From positions 1 to 45,988 of the forward strand of contig CALFUO010000084.1 of the NCBI GenBank assembly GCA_937929895.1: a stretch of 45,988 nucleotides of DNA. The letters run 5' to 3'. Both the position numbers and the translations under genes were made by a program. Numbering within the stretch: position 1 is the first letter of the stretch; each line of letters begins with the position of its first letter. Below are positions 17,032 through 27,204 of the stretch, piece after piece. Below the pieces are notes generated by a model. That model searched no databases and was not told the origin of the DNA. It saw only the letters and a program-made list of their open reading frames with translations. This DNA is from an uncultured Aquimarina sp. Its GTDB lineage: Bacteria; Bacteroidota; Bacteroidia; Flavobacteriales; Flavobacteriaceae.

Positions 17032-19764
17032 CTATAAATTTAATAGAATTTTACCAAAGTAACTTGCGCCTCTTACCCCAAATTGTTGCACCCTTCTATT
17101 ATAAACAAAATTACCATTACTAGTATTAGCCGAATGCTTTTGTTTATCAGGGTAAATATTAAACAAGTTATTAGCCCCTATAGAAACTCTTATAAAATCA
17201 TTTACTCTGTAAGTTGTTTGAAAATCAGTGATAACCTTAGGTTTGAAAGTTTGATCTTGATTTTCTAAATTCCCCGTAAAAGTATTTAAAACAGGTGTTG
17301 CATCACTGTGCACATATCTTACACTACCAAAAAAAGTATTATTCAATGTGAAAATGAATTTATCAAACTCATAGATATTCATAAAGTTTGTCTTAAACCG
17401 TGGTTGAGAATATTCTATTCTTCCTACTTCTCCTCGATCAAATATTACCACTTCGTTCTTTGCATCACCTACCATCCCTAAGGCTCTATTTTCTATCACA
17501 CTTGTTTTAGACCAGTTGATAGCTAAATAAGAATTTAGTTTTCCTTTTGCTAGATTATTATTAAAATCTAGTCGAAAATCTACCCCCAAAGTTTCTGTAT
17601 CGATAGCATTAGTAAAGAACTGTGCTTTTTCAAAATTATCCCTTTCTAATTCGCGAATAACACTCCTTTCAATGGCATTTGATAGCACGATACGATCATC
17701 GATTTTAGTATAGTAATAATCTGCATATACCGAAAATTTATTGAACAGCTTTGCTGTAAAACCAAGATTCGTATGTAAAGAAAGTTCTGGTTTTAACCTA
17801 CCAATATCTAAAGCTTCCGCTACTTGATTAAAATTATTAAAAGTACCAACTTGGATGGGATTCCCTCCATTATCGAATTGAGTCCCTACATTATTAAAAA
17901 ATAATTGATGTAAAGAAGGTGCTCTAAAACCTGTAGAAATAGATGCTCGTAAACTGAAATCATTATTCAATTTATAACGTAATGCACTTCGATAAGTATT
18001 CTGCGAATCAAAATCGTTATAATTTTCGAAACGTATCGACAATGCTATTAATAGAGCATCTGTAGCGTTTGTTTCTATATCTAAATACCCTGATCCGTTT
18101 GTTCTAAAATCGTTTCGCTCATTTTCTGGTCTAAAACCAGGAAATACCTGTGCCCCTACTGCTCTTTGTAAACCTACAATAGCATCTTCTGAATCGAATA
18201 TATTCCCTTCTCCATCTACACGTCCACCTTTAGGTATTACATTACCATCTTTATAAGAAGCCTCTTCTCCTGCTATAATTTGGTAATTCTCTACCCTTAA
18301 TTGTGCTCCAAAGGCCAAGTTAAGCCCCTTTAAAAAATCATATTTTTTCGAAAAGTCTAAATTGGTTACATTTTGTTGATAAGCGAATCCCCCGACATTA
18401 AATGTCTTTTTAGAATTAATCCCCAAAGATGCATTGTTAGAATTTTGCACCGAAAGGTCTATAGTATTGATTCCTATAGTATGGCTAAAATCAATATTCC
18501 AATCTAATTTTTTCCCTCTAAAACCAACATTGAGTCCATCATCCTGAATATCCATCGTAATTTCGGGAAGGAAACCTAGTGGATGTATTTCTTTCACAAC
18601 ACGATCATTTTGATGTGGAAATCGATAAAAACCAGCCGCATTTCCCTCTCTGTAATTTCTTCCTCCAAATGCATAAATCGTAGCATCTTTACCTATATTG
18701 AATTCCGAATTAAATTGTAATGCAATATTTCTAGTTGCTGCTACTCCTATACGCATAACTCGTCCCTGTTCTAAACCTGTAGACTCATAAAATTGTCTCA
18801 AATTTTCTGGTGTGTCTTCCCCCTCGTCAAAAATTTGGCCCGTATATCTACCTGCTCTATTAATTTCTTCTCTATTACGAAACTCGGTAGTAACATTAAA
18901 AAAACCTTTCTTACTTAAATCTAAACCTACATTACCTGATATATAAGTTGTAAATCCATCTCCTTGCTCCGTAATCGAGCTACGTCCTTGTAACTCTATA
19001 ATACCTGTCTGGTCCTTTAAAACTACATTTACAACCCCAGCAATAGCATCTGAGCCATAGTGAGAGGTTGCTGCACTCTTCAAAATTTCGATATGATCTA
19101 CGGAAGCTAACGGGATAGCATTGAAATCTGTACCTACAGCACCGCGTCCAACTGTTCCGTTTACATTTACAAGAGAAGAAGTATGCCTACGTTTTCCATT
19201 AATTAAAACTAATAACTGATCTGGGCCTAAACCATGTATAGTAGCAGGATCAATATGGTCTGTCCCATCTGCAATGGTTTGTTGGTTCGAGTTAAAAGAT
19301 GGTAGTAAATAGTGTAATAGCTCACCTAACTCAACATAAGAAGTACTTTTAATTTGTTGCTGAGAAATAATATCTACTGGTAAAACTTGTTCTAGAGAGG
19401 TTTGTGCCTCTCCTTTTGTCCCCAAAGAAGACACTTGGTCTACTGCGAACCCTGGTTCCATAAAGATATTAACTTGTATGGTATCGCCCTCTTTTACTGT
19501 TATTTTTTCTTCACGTGTTTTGTATAGTAAATAATCTATCTTTAAGGTATAATCCCCTACAACATGCTCCAAAAAGAATTCTCCCTCTAAGGCTGACTGT
19601 ACTTGACTTCCGGTTTCTTTAACTAAGACATTTGCCCCAGGAAGGCTTCCAAATTTATCGATAACCTTACCTTTAATAATTCCTTTTTTTTGCGCTTGTA
19701 AAAAGGAAATATTTGTAAAAAAGAATAAAACTAAAAATATTTTAGAGTAATAGTAATTTCTCAT
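17032..19764 (-). CDS. TonB-dependent receptor with N-terminal carboxypeptidase-regulatory-like domain
   Basis: IKGKVID..SLPGANV domain; plug motifs GLGPDQLLVLINGKRRH and YGSDAIAGVVN; barrel motifs STGFRAPSL and GANNLFN. Confidence 0.92.
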   Translation of the reverse strand: MRNYYYSKIFLVLFFFTNISFLQAQKKGIIKGKVIDKFGSLPGANVLVKETGSQVQSALEGEFFLEHVVGDYTLKIDYLLYKTREEKITVKEGDTIQVNIFMEPGFAVDQVSSLGTKGEAQTSLEQVLPVDIISQQQIKSTSYVELGELLHYLLPSFNSNQQTIADGTDHIDPATIHGLGPDQLLVLINGKRRHTSSLVNVNGTVGRGAVGTDFNAIPLASVDHIEILKSAATSHYGSDAIAGVVNVVLKDQTGIIELQGRSSITEQGDGFTTYISGNVGLDLSKKGFFNVTTEFRNREEINRAGRYTGQIFDEGEDTPENLRQFYESTGLEQGRVMRIGVAATRNIALQFNSEFNIGKDATIYAFGGRNYREGNAAGFYRFPHQNDRVVKEIHPLGFLPEITMDIQDDGLNVGFRGKKLDWNIDFSHTIGINTIDLSVQNSNNASLGINSKKTFNVGGFAYQQNVTNLDFSKKYDFLKGLNLAFGAQLRVENYQIIAGEEASYKDGNVIPKGGRVDGEGNIFDSEDAIVGLQRAVGAQVFPGFRPENERNDFRTNGSGYLDIETNATDALLIALSIRFENYNDFDSQNTYRSALRYKLNNDFSLRASISTGFRAPSLHQLFFNNVGTQFDNGGNPIQVGTFNNFNQVAEALDIGRLKPELSLHTNLGFTAKLFNKFSVYADYYYTKIDDRIVLSNAIERSVIRELERDNFEKAQFFTNAIDTETLGVDFRLDFNNNLAKGKLNSYLAINWSKTSVIENRALGMVGDAKNEVVIFDRGEVGRIEYSQPRFKTNFMNIYEFDKFIFTLNNTFFGSVRYVHSDATPVLNTFTGNLENQDQTFKPKVITDFQTTYRVNDFIRVSIGANNLFNIYPDKQKHSANTSNGNFVYNRRVQQFGVRGASYFGKILLNL

Positions 19765-19790
19765 TGATGTTGTTTATAGTTGAGGCGAGG

Positions 19791-19798
19791 CAAAACTA
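19791..19798 (-). promoter_or_regulatory. -7 promoter element (TAGTTTTG) for the TBDR-kinase operon
   Basis: CAAAACTA on the + strand, 27 nt upstream of the TBDR ATG. Confidence 0.5.
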
Positions 19799-19910
19799 AC
19801 GTTTTAAAAAAAACAAAGGTTGTTTTAATATTAAATCAAACAAAAACAAACAATTATTTCGAGTAAATACACTTTTACAAGATAAGTTTCCTGAAATCAC
19901 CTTTATTCTT

Positions 19911-21068
19911 CTAATTTTTATTGAATTTTGTTCGTTTACTCCCCGAATACATTTTATACTGCAACAACCTAGATTCTAATTTACCATTGAATAGTTTAAT
20001 TTTTCTAGAGGGACGTAATCCTACATGTTTAATAGCCTCTAGGTCTGAGGTAATAAACCATGCATCAGTTGCTGGATATGATTTTTTTAACGTATCTCCT
20101 ATCTCCCCATAAAACTCAGGCATATTAATGGCAATCCGTTCTCCGTACGGAGGGTTAAACACCATATGAAGCGCTTTCTCTGAATCTTGTTTCTCTGTAT
20201 AAAAAAAGTTTTCTTCTTGAATACTAATAAACTCTTCCATATTAGCATTCTTGATATTGTCTTTGGCTTTTCTTACAGCTGAAGGAGCTTTATCATACCC
20301 CCATAATTTCGCTGGGCTTTCTGTTACCTTCTTTAAAACAGAGTCTTCTATTCTTTCGTAAAGATCCATATCCCAATCTAACCACTTTTCGAATGCAAAT
20401 TCTTTTCGATTAATATTACATGGAATATTATTCGCTATCATGGCTGCTTCTATAAGTAGCGTACCACTACCACACATTGGATCTAGGAAATCTGTATGTT
20501 TATTCCACCCAGACAACATGATAAGACCTGCTGCTAAAACTTCATTGATTGGTGCAATATTGGTTGCCGAACGATAGCCTCTATGGTGTAACGAAGCGCC
20601 AGAACTGTCTAAAGAAATCGTACACATATCACCACCAATATGAACTGAAATAATAAGATCTGGTCTTTCGGTATCAACACTAGGTCTCTCTCCTGTTTTA
20701 TCTCTAAACTGGTCTACTATAGCATCTTTCACCTTTAAAGCTACGTATTTAGAGTGATTGAATAGATCTGAGCTTACCGTCGCATACACCGCAAAAGTAT
20801 CTTTAACTTCTAAATATTCGTTCCAATCTATACTCTGAGCGAATTTGTAAAGACTCTCTGGGGTTTGTACTCGCTTTCCTTCAATAGGTTTTAAGATTTT
20901 CAAAGCCGTGCGCAAACACAAATTGGCTTTATACATAAAACCTTTATCTCCATAAAAACTAACCATACGATTCCCTTTCTCAACGTTCTGAGCGCCTAGG
21001 GTTTCTAATTCTTCAACCAATAAATCTTCAAAACCGAAAAAGGTTTTGGCAACCATTTTATAATTCAT
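19911..21068 (-). CDS. THUMP-domain class I SAM-dependent RNA methyltransferase (RlmL-like)
   Basis: Motifs LDSSGASLHHRGYR, DPMCGSGT and NPPYGER. Start moved to MNYKMVAK. Confidence 0.88.
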   Translation of the reverse strand: MNYKMVAKTFFGFEDLLVEELETLGAQNVEKGNRMVSFYGDKGFMYKANLCLRTALKILKPIEGKRVQTPESLYKFAQSIDWNEYLEVKDTFAVYATVSSDLFNHSKYVALKVKDAIVDQFRDKTGERPSVDTERPDLIISVHIGGDMCTISLDSSGASLHHRGYRSATNIAPINEVLAAGLIMLSGWNKHTDFLDPMCGSGTLLIEAAMIANNIPCNINRKEFAFEKWLDWDMDLYERIEDSVLKKVTESPAKLWGYDKAPSAVRKAKDNIKNANMEEFISIQEENFFYTEKQDSEKALHMVFNPPYGERIAINMPEFYGEIGDTLKKSYPATDAWFITSDLEAIKHVGLRPSRKIKLFNGKLESRLLQYKMYSGSKRTKFNKN

Positions 21069-21105
21069 TCCTGTAAATATGTAAAAGCAACAACGACGAA
21101 ACAGA

Positions 21106-21124
21106 CAAAAATACATTAATTTTG
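21106..21124. promoter_or_regulatory. Back-to-back divergent -7 promoter elements
   Basis: CAAAAATA at 21106-21113 (minus-strand TATTTTTG) and TAATTTTG at 21117-21124 (plus strand, ending 7 nt before ATG 21132). Confidence 0.55.
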
Positions 21125-21131
21125 CTGTACT

Positions 21132-21863
21132 ATGTCAAATGAAACTGCAAAGTGGTATGCCTCTTGGTTCGATACTCCGTACTACCACCAACTTTACAAA
21201 AATAGGGATTATACAGAAGCTAAACGGTTTATGGATAACCTGACCCAACATCTCAGCATAAAAGAAGATGAAACTATATTAGATTTAGCTTGCGGAAAAG
21301 GACGACACAGTATCTATTTGAATAGTCTAGGTTATAATGTAACAGGTATCGATTTATCAAAGAATAGTATCGACCATGCCAGAACTTTTGCAAACGGCCG
21401 CCTAAATTTTGACGTTCATGATATGACAGAAGCTTATCATTCCAAATTCAATTTTGTCTTTAATTTATTTACAAGTTTTGGATATTTTGATACCGAAGAA
21501 GATAATTTTAATACCATAAAAGGTATTAAAGCTGACCTTAAAGAAAATGGTATTGGGGTAATCGACTTTTTTAATGCAGAGCTAGTAATTAACAATTTAG
21601 TCCCTTCAGAAGAAAAAACTATAGATGGATTGATGTTTCACATCAAACGTTTTGTAGATAATGGTTTTATAAACAAACAAATTAACTTTACAGATCGAGA
21701 TCAAAATTTCTCTTTTACAGAAAAAGTAAAAGCGATTTCATTAGCAAATTTTCAAGAATATTTTGACGCAGCTGGTTTAACTTTACTTGAAGTTTTTGGT
21801 GACTACAACCTTTCTAAATTTAACATAAATACTTCTCCTCGACTTATCTTAATTTTTCAATGA
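21132..21863 (+). CDS. Class I SAM-dependent methyltransferase
   Basis: Motifs ILDLACGKGRH and NLFTSFGYF. Confidence 0.88.
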   Translation: MSNETAKWYASWFDTPYYHQLYKNRDYTEAKRFMDNLTQHLSIKEDETILDLACGKGRHSIYLNSLGYNVTGIDLSKNSIDHARTFANGRLNFDVHDMTEAYHSKFNFVFNLFTSFGYFDTEEDNFNTIKGIKADLKENGIGVIDFFNAELVINNLVPSEEKTIDGLMFHIKRFVDNGFINKQINFTDRDQNFSFTEKVKAISLANFQEYFDAAGLTLLEVFGDYNLSKFNINTSPRLILIFQ

Positions 21864-22537
21864 TACATTACTTACTCCCTTTCCTTGCTGTTGTTTTAGG
21901 TTTTACTACGGTATATTTTTTAAAGCCACAAAAACCAAAGCAAATAAAAATTTTACTTTCTTTTAGTGGAGGTTTCTTATTAGCTACTACGATTTTTAAT
22001 TTATTTCCCGAAGTATACGAGCATAGTGCGAATATGAAAACTACAGGGTTGTTTATTGTTGGTGGGATGCTAATTCAAATTTTTTTAGAATACTTTTCTA
22101 AAGGCACCGAACATGGACATGTTCACCACTCTAAAGCAGAAGATAGTTTCCCTTTTTTATTATTTGGAAGTTTGTTTATTCATGCATTTTTAGAAGGATT
22201 CCCAATCCATGAAGGACATGAAATTTTATTAGGGGTTCTAATCCATAAGATTCCTGTAGCAATGATTTTAGCTACTTTTTTACTAAAATCTAATTTTTCT
22301 AAAAAACAAATCACATTATTTCTTTTGCTTTTTGCAATCGCTACACCACTGGGTTCTTTTGCGGCTACTCACTTTTCTTTTTTAATGGAATATTATCAAC
22401 AAATCAACGCCTTAGTCGTTGGTATATTTTTACATATTTCTACAACAATCTTATTTGAAAGTAGCGAAGGACACAAGTATAATATTGCTAAATTGATTTC
22501 GATTCTATCAGCAATAACAATTGCTTATTTTATTTAA
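21860..22537 (+). CDS. ZIP-family metal transporter
   Basis: His-rich loop EHGHVHH, HAFLEG and HKIP motifs; multiple TMs. Confidence 0.85.
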   Translation: MIHYLLPFLAVVLGFTTVYFLKPQKPKQIKILLSFSGGFLLATTIFNLFPEVYEHSANMKTTGLFIVGGMLIQIFLEYFSKGTEHGHVHHSKAEDSFPFLLFGSLFIHAFLEGFPIHEGHEILLGVLIHKIPVAMILATFLLKSNFSKKQITLFLLLFAIATPLGSFAATHFSFLMEYYQQINALVVGIFLHISTTILFESSEGHKYNIAKLISILSAITIAYFI

Positions 22538-22543
22538 CTAAAT

Positions 22544-22972
22544 ATGTTTAGTAAAGATGATGCTAAAAAATTACGACAAGATTTTTGGATCGAGTTTGGT
22601 GAAATTTACCCTCGTAAATGGCTTTTATATTACACTAAAATAAAAGAAGTAAGTTTAAAATTTACGTTTAATAACAAAATAGCCCAAGTAGCTTTAGTCG
22701 CAGATAGTGACGATCTTTTGATACAAGAGTATTATTACGAGAAATTCTGGAGTTTAGAAAAAATCTTAAAAACAGAGTATTTCCCCAATATTGTAATGGC
22801 TCCTGATTATTACGATGAATATAAAAAACATTCATCACGTGTTTATATTCAAATGGACAATGTAAATATCTATAATCGTAATTGTTGGGAAAAAGTACAA
22901 GATTTTTTGTACGACAATATGAACCAAATGGAGCTATTCTTTTATGAATATGAAGACTTTATAAAGGATTAA
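22544..22972 (+). CDS. DUF4268-like conserved protein
   Basis: MFSK..AKKLRQDFW..F and KWLLY.TKIK pattern common in flavobacteria. Confidence 0.6.
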   Translation: MFSKDDAKKLRQDFWIEFGEIYPRKWLLYYTKIKEVSLKFTFNNKIAQVALVADSDDLLIQEYYYEKFWSLEKILKTEYFPNIVMAPDYYDEYKKHSSRVYIQMDNVNIYNRNCWEKVQDFLYDNMNQMELFFYEYEDFIKD

Positions 22973-23018
22973 AAAAAGCGCTAATCACAAAGGGAATAGC
23001 GCTTTTTTTAATCCTTTA
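22962..23018. terminator. Bidirectional terminator with 22-bp perfect stem
   Basis: TAAAGGATTAAAAAAAGCGCTA, 13-nt loop, TAGCGCTTTTTTTAATCCTTTA, between convergent genes. Confidence 0.8.
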
Positions 23019-23029
23019 AAGTTGTTTTT

Positions 23030-23902
23030 TCACCCTAAAACCTCTGCAACTTTTTTACCGATTTCTGCAGGAGAGTCTACAACGTGAATTCCACACTCTC
23101 TCATGATTGCTTTCTTCGCAGCCGCAGTATCATCAGAACCACCTACGATAGCACCAGCATGCCCCATTGTACGACCAGCAGGAGCTGTTTCTCCAGCGAT
23201 AAATCCTACTACTGGTTTTGTTGTTCCACTTTCTTTAATCCAACGTGCAGCGTCCGCTTCTAACTGACCTCCGATTTCACCGATCATCACAACACATTCT
23301 GTCTCTGGATCGTTGATTAACAGCTCTACTGCTTCTTTTGTAGTAGTTCCAATAATTGGATCTCCTCCGATTCCGATTGCTGTAGTAATTCCTAATCCCT
23401 GCTTTACAACCTGATCAGCTGTTTCATATGTTAATGTTCCTGATTTAGAAACTATACCTACATTTCCTTTCTTAAATACAAACCCTGGCATGATACCTAC
23501 TTTTGCTTCACCTGGAGTAATAACCCCTGGACAGTTCGGACCTACTAAACGACAGTCTCTATCCTTAATATAATCCGCAGCTTTTACCATATCTGCCACA
23601 GGAATACCCTCTGTAATAGTAATGATAACTTTGATTCCTGCATCTGCAGCTTCCATAATTGCATCGGCAGCAAATGCTGGCGGCACAAAAATTAGCGAAA
23701 CATCAGCGTTCACTTTTTCAACAGCTTCAGCCACCGTATTAAATACTGGACGATCTAAGTGTGTTTGCCCTCCTTTACCTGGAGTAACTCCACCTACCAC
23801 GTTTGTTCCATATTCGATCATTTGACCAGCGTGAAAAGTTCCTTCGCTTCCTGTGAAACCTTGTACTATAATGTTTGAATCCTTATTTACTAATACACTC
23901 AT
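23030..23902 (-). CDS. sucD: Succinate--CoA ligase subunit alpha
   Basis: Motifs [20 protein letters not shown] and MGHAGA. Confidence 0.97.
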   Translation of the reverse strand: MSVLVNKDSNIIVQGFTGSEGTFHAGQMIEYGTNVVGGVTPGKGGQTHLDRPVFNTVAEAVEKVNADVSLIFVPPAFAADAIMEAADAGIKVIITITEGIPVADMVKAADYIKDRDCRLVGPNCPGVITPGEAKVGIMPGFVFKKGNVGIVSKSGTLTYETADQVVKQGLGITTAIGIGGDPIIGTTTKEAVELLINDPETECVVMIGEIGGQLEADAARWIKESGTTKPVVGFIAGETAPAGRTMGHAGAIVGGSDDTAAAKKAIMRECGIHVVDSPAEIGKKVAEVLG

Positions 23903-23990
23903 TTTTTTGATAAATATTTAGTTGAGTCTAATGTAAGTATTAATTACTAAGTAGTAAAAACATGAGTAAGTATTTTTTCAATGTTTTTTA

Positions 23991-24863
23991 CTACTCTTTT
24001 TTAGATAGTGGATATAGTAGTTGTTTCCATAAAGTAGTAGGAAAATCCTGATCTTTATGAAATCCTAAAACAACATCTTTTCCTTCTTTGGGAACAAAAT
24101 TCGTTCTAAAAATATAATCCCAAATACTTAGACTGATCGCAAAATTAACTCCGTAATGCTTTTCTTTAGGCAACTTTTTGGCATGATGCCAAATATGCAT
24201 TTTAGGATTATTGAAGATATATTTTAAAGGGCCATACGACCACCCTAAATTCGCATGGTTTAAATGTCCAATCGTAATCGCAATGATATGAATGATAAAG
24301 AAATCATCTATACCAAAACCAAACATTGCTAAAGGAAGGTATTGTAAGCTCTTATAGGCCACTGTTTCCATCCAATGAAAACGTAAATGAGCCGCAAATC
24401 CCATTTCTTTTACAGAATGATGTACTTTATGAAACTGCCACAACCATGGTACTTTATGTAATAATCTATGAATATTCCAATGAATAAAATCAGCCACAAC
24501 AAACATTAATACCAACTGAGACCATTTGGGCCATGATTGTACATTAAAAGCTACTTTATTGGTTACATGAAAAAGAAATAACAAATCATCGAATAGATTT
24601 ACTACGACATTCGACAGTCCATTGAATAAAATCAATGAAAAGATGAAGAAGTTGAAAAACATATAGAAAGTATCTAACCAAAAATCCTTTCTAAAAATGG
24701 GTTGTTGTTTTCTCCATGGAAAAACAATTTCTAGCAACCACACTAGCAGAGACAAAGCTACCAACCAATAAAAGTAATTATGCCAAGAAGGGTACAGAAT
24801 TTCAGAGCTTAAGTAATTCCAATAATCTGTATATCCTCTCTTAAATATGTCCCAATACTTCAT
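23991..24863 (-). CDS. Sterol desaturase / fatty acid hydroxylase superfamily protein
   Basis: His boxes HRLLH, HKVHHS, HLNHAN and HIWHH; membrane segments. Confidence 0.85.
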   Translation of the reverse strand: MKYWDIFKRGYTDYWNYLSSEILYPSWHNYFYWLVALSLLVWLLEIVFPWRKQQPIFRKDFWLDTFYMFFNFFIFSLILFNGLSNVVVNLFDDLLFLFHVTNKVAFNVQSWPKWSQLVLMFVVADFIHWNIHRLLHKVPWLWQFHKVHHSVKEMGFAAHLRFHWMETVAYKSLQYLPLAMFGFGIDDFFIIHIIAITIGHLNHANLGWSYGPLKYIFNNPKMHIWHHAKKLPKEKHYGVNFAISLSIWDYIFRTNFVPKEGKDVVLGFHKDQDFPTTLWKQLLYPLSKKE

Positions 24864-25363
24864 CGGTATACTTTTATTTTCGACTTATTCTTCATCCAAC
24901 TGCCCCACAGTTTGTTATACCCATGGATACTATCTGTCTTTTTTTCTTGGATATAAATAGGCTCATTTTGGTTTGCCCATTCAAATAGTCCTCCATATAG
25001 GTTATGGACATTTTTAAAACCTTTGACCTTTAATTTTTCTGCTACCTTTTCACTCCTGTAACCGACTGAACAATACACAATAATGGGTTGTTCTTTATCT
25101 AGATGTTTTACAGATTCCATTGAAAAGTCCTCGTAACCTACTCTCTTTGCATTTTCAATATGCCCTACTCTATATTCGTTTTGTGGTCTTGCATCTAAAA
25201 AGATCGCCTTCCCTAAGTTTTCTTTAGCAGTTTTTACATCTATTTCGGACACGGAATGACTCAACAAACTTTTTAACATAGTACCATAAAGCTTACTGTC
25301 TACTTTCTGTTGTCCAAAACAAACATGAAGATAGAATAAGAAAAGTAACGACAAATGCTTCAT
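24860..25363 (-). CDS. Exported rhodanese-like domain protein
   Basis: FLDAR..EYRVGHI and active-site loop YCSVGYRS; signal peptide. Confidence 0.85.
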   Translation of the reverse strand: MKHLSLLFLFYLHVCFGQQKVDSKLYGTMLKSLLSHSVSEIDVKTAKENLGKAIFLDARPQNEYRVGHIENAKRVGYEDFSMESVKHLDKEQPIIVYCSVGYRSEKVAEKLKVKGFKNVHNLYGGLFEWANQNEPIYIQEKKTDSIHGYNKLWGSWMKNKSKIKVYR

Positions 25364-25371
25364 AAATAGAA

Positions 25372-25581
25372 CTATTTCTTCTTAAAGGTACTTATTTTAA
25401 ATGGTAGATAAAGAGGACAAAAACTCACAAAACTCGTCACGATGAAAACTACAGCTGCTACAAGAAGAACTATAGTTAATATCCCCGAGATAACCCCATT
25501 TAAATATAATACACCAACTAAACCAGCTAACAAAATGCGAATTATTCTATCCGCGGTCCCCATATTCTTTTTGATAAACAT
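25372..25581 (-). CDS. DUF2892 (YgaP-like) membrane protein
   Basis: KNMGTADRIIR, two TMs, FCPLY. Confidence 0.85.
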   Translation of the reverse strand: MFIKKNMGTADRIIRILLAGLVGVLYLNGVISGILTIVLLVAAVVFIVTSFVSFCPLYLPFKISTFKKK

Positions 25582-25597
25582 AATAATTAATTTTTAT

Positions 25598-25642
25598 CAA
25601 AAATAAATGCATCATACACTTTGTACAGTGATCTGAGTCACA
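25598..25642 (-). promoter_or_regulatory. -7 element plus CRP/FNR-type box
   Basis: CAAAAATA at 25598-25605; AGTGA-TCTGAG-TCACA at 25627-25642, a 9/10 match to TGTGA-N6-TCACA. Confidence 0.65.
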
Positions 25643-26261
25643 TAAGAGTAATTTTACCTCGACCGAGAACTAATATCTCCCTCTTTTCTAGTTGTTTTAA
25701 GATTCTCGAAATCACTTCTCGAGAGCTATGTAAATCGTCAGCAATTTCTTGATGTGAAATCTGTAATATTTTAGTCTCAAAATGAAGAGATTTTTCTTGA
25801 AGATATTTAAACAAACGATCATCTAGCTTTTTAAACATGACCTCATCTAAAGTAAGTAACACTTCTTCGAATCGATAAGAAAGTGAATTGATGATAAAGG
25901 TATTCCATTCTGGATATGTAACCATCCATTCATTAGAATACTGAACAGGTATTAATACTATTTTTGAAGACTGTACTGTGACTGCTTTAATAGAGCTTGC
26001 CGCGCTAGTTAAAGCACATTTTAGGGTCATTGCACAGGTTTCATTGTGATTTATGTAATACAAAAACAACTGACCTCCATCATTATCTTCTCGTAAAACC
26101 TTGACTAAACCTTCTACTACAATTGGAATGGCTTTGGGGTACTGATGATAAGTAACAATTTCAGTATCTGCATCGAACTGAACCATCGATGAAACTTCTT
26201 CTATTTCCTTTAGTAACGTTTTGTTTGAAAAAAGATCTTCTATGCGAGTAGAAACGAACAT
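25638..26261 (-). CDS. Crp/Fnr-family transcriptional regulator
   Basis: cNMP-binding-like domain (GLVKVLRED..G.QLFLYYI..ETC) and HTH SHQEIADDLHSSREVISRILK. Confidence 0.9.
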   Translation of the reverse strand: MFVSTRIEDLFSNKTLLKEIEEVSSMVQFDADTEIVTYHQYPKAIPIVVEGLVKVLREDNDGGQLFLYYINHNETCAMTLKCALTSAASSIKAVTVQSSKIVLIPVQYSNEWMVTYPEWNTFIINSLSYRFEEVLLTLDEVMFKKLDDRLFKYLQEKSLHFETKILQISHQEIADDLHSSREVISRILKQLEKREILVLGRGKITLM

Positions 26262-27196
26262 TAAAGTTTATTCACTTTTTCGATAAGCTCTGGAATTCGA
26301 CGAATATTCGCGATCTCTTTGTACTTAGATCTAAAATCGTCCGCAGGAATACCGAAATAGTGCTTACCAGATTCTAGCGATTTTGATACTCCTGATTTAG
26401 CAGAAATAACGACTTTATCACCAATATCTATACCACTCGTAATACCTACTTGCCCCCATATAGTAACCTGATTTCCTATGTTTACACAACCTGCAATACC
26501 AACATGAGAAGCGATCAAGCATTTTTCGCCAATAATGGTATCATGACCTATTTGGACTTGATTATCAATCTTAGTTCCTTTTTTGATGTGAGTAATTGCC
26601 GATACACCACGATCTATACTACAGTTAGAACCTATGTCTACATTATCTTCGATCTTTACAATTCCTGTAGAAAGTAATTGATCAAATCCTTCGGGTCTAT
26701 TTTTATAATAAAAAGCATCTCCACCAATGGTTGTATTGGCGTGAATATTTACATTGCTTCCAATTTCACAACCGTCATAAATGGCAACATTAGCATGAAT
26801 AACGGTATTATTTCCAATATTTACATTATTTCCAATAAATGCACCTGGTTGAATAATTACGTTTTCACCAAGTCTAGCAGATTCTGAAATATAATTTGTG
26901 CTTGGCTGAAAAGGTTTAAAGTAATTCGAAAGTTTATTAAAATCACTAAATGGATCTTCGGAAACTAATAACGTCTTTCCTTCTGGACAATCTACTTCTT
27001 TATTTATTAATACGGTAGTTGCAGCACTTTGCAATGCTTTATCGTAGTATTTAGGGTGATCTACGAAAACTATATCTCCTGCCTCTACCCTATGTATTTC
27101 ATTACATCCTAAAACCAAAAAATTAGGATCTCCTACAAAAGGAATCTGTAATAAATCTGCAATCTGCTTTAAAGTATAGGACTGGGGAAATTTCAT
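26261..27196 (-). CDS. LpxD-family N-acyltransferase paralogue
   Basis: LpxD N-terminal domain, hexapeptide repeats and KIDNQVQIGH. Confidence 0.85.
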   Translation of the reverse strand: MKFPQSYTLKQIADLLQIPFVGDPNFLVLGCNEIHRVEAGDIVFVDHPKYYDKALQSAATTVLINKEVDCPEGKTLLVSEDPFSDFNKLSNYFKPFQPSTNYISESARLGENVIIQPGAFIGNNVNIGNNTVIHANVAIYDGCEIGSNVNIHANTTIGGDAFYYKNRPEGFDQLLSTGIVKIEDNVDIGSNCSIDRGVSAITHIKKGTKIDNQVQIGHDTIIGEKCLIASHVGIAGCVNIGNQVTIWGQVGITSGIDIGDKVVISAKSGVSKSLESGKHYFGIPADDFRSKYKEIANIRRIPELIEKVNKL

Positions 27197-27204
27197 TCTT
27201 TATA

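Noticed and set aside
23030-23902. sucD without adjacent sucC
   Set aside because: The two subunit genes are commonly unlinked in this lineage.
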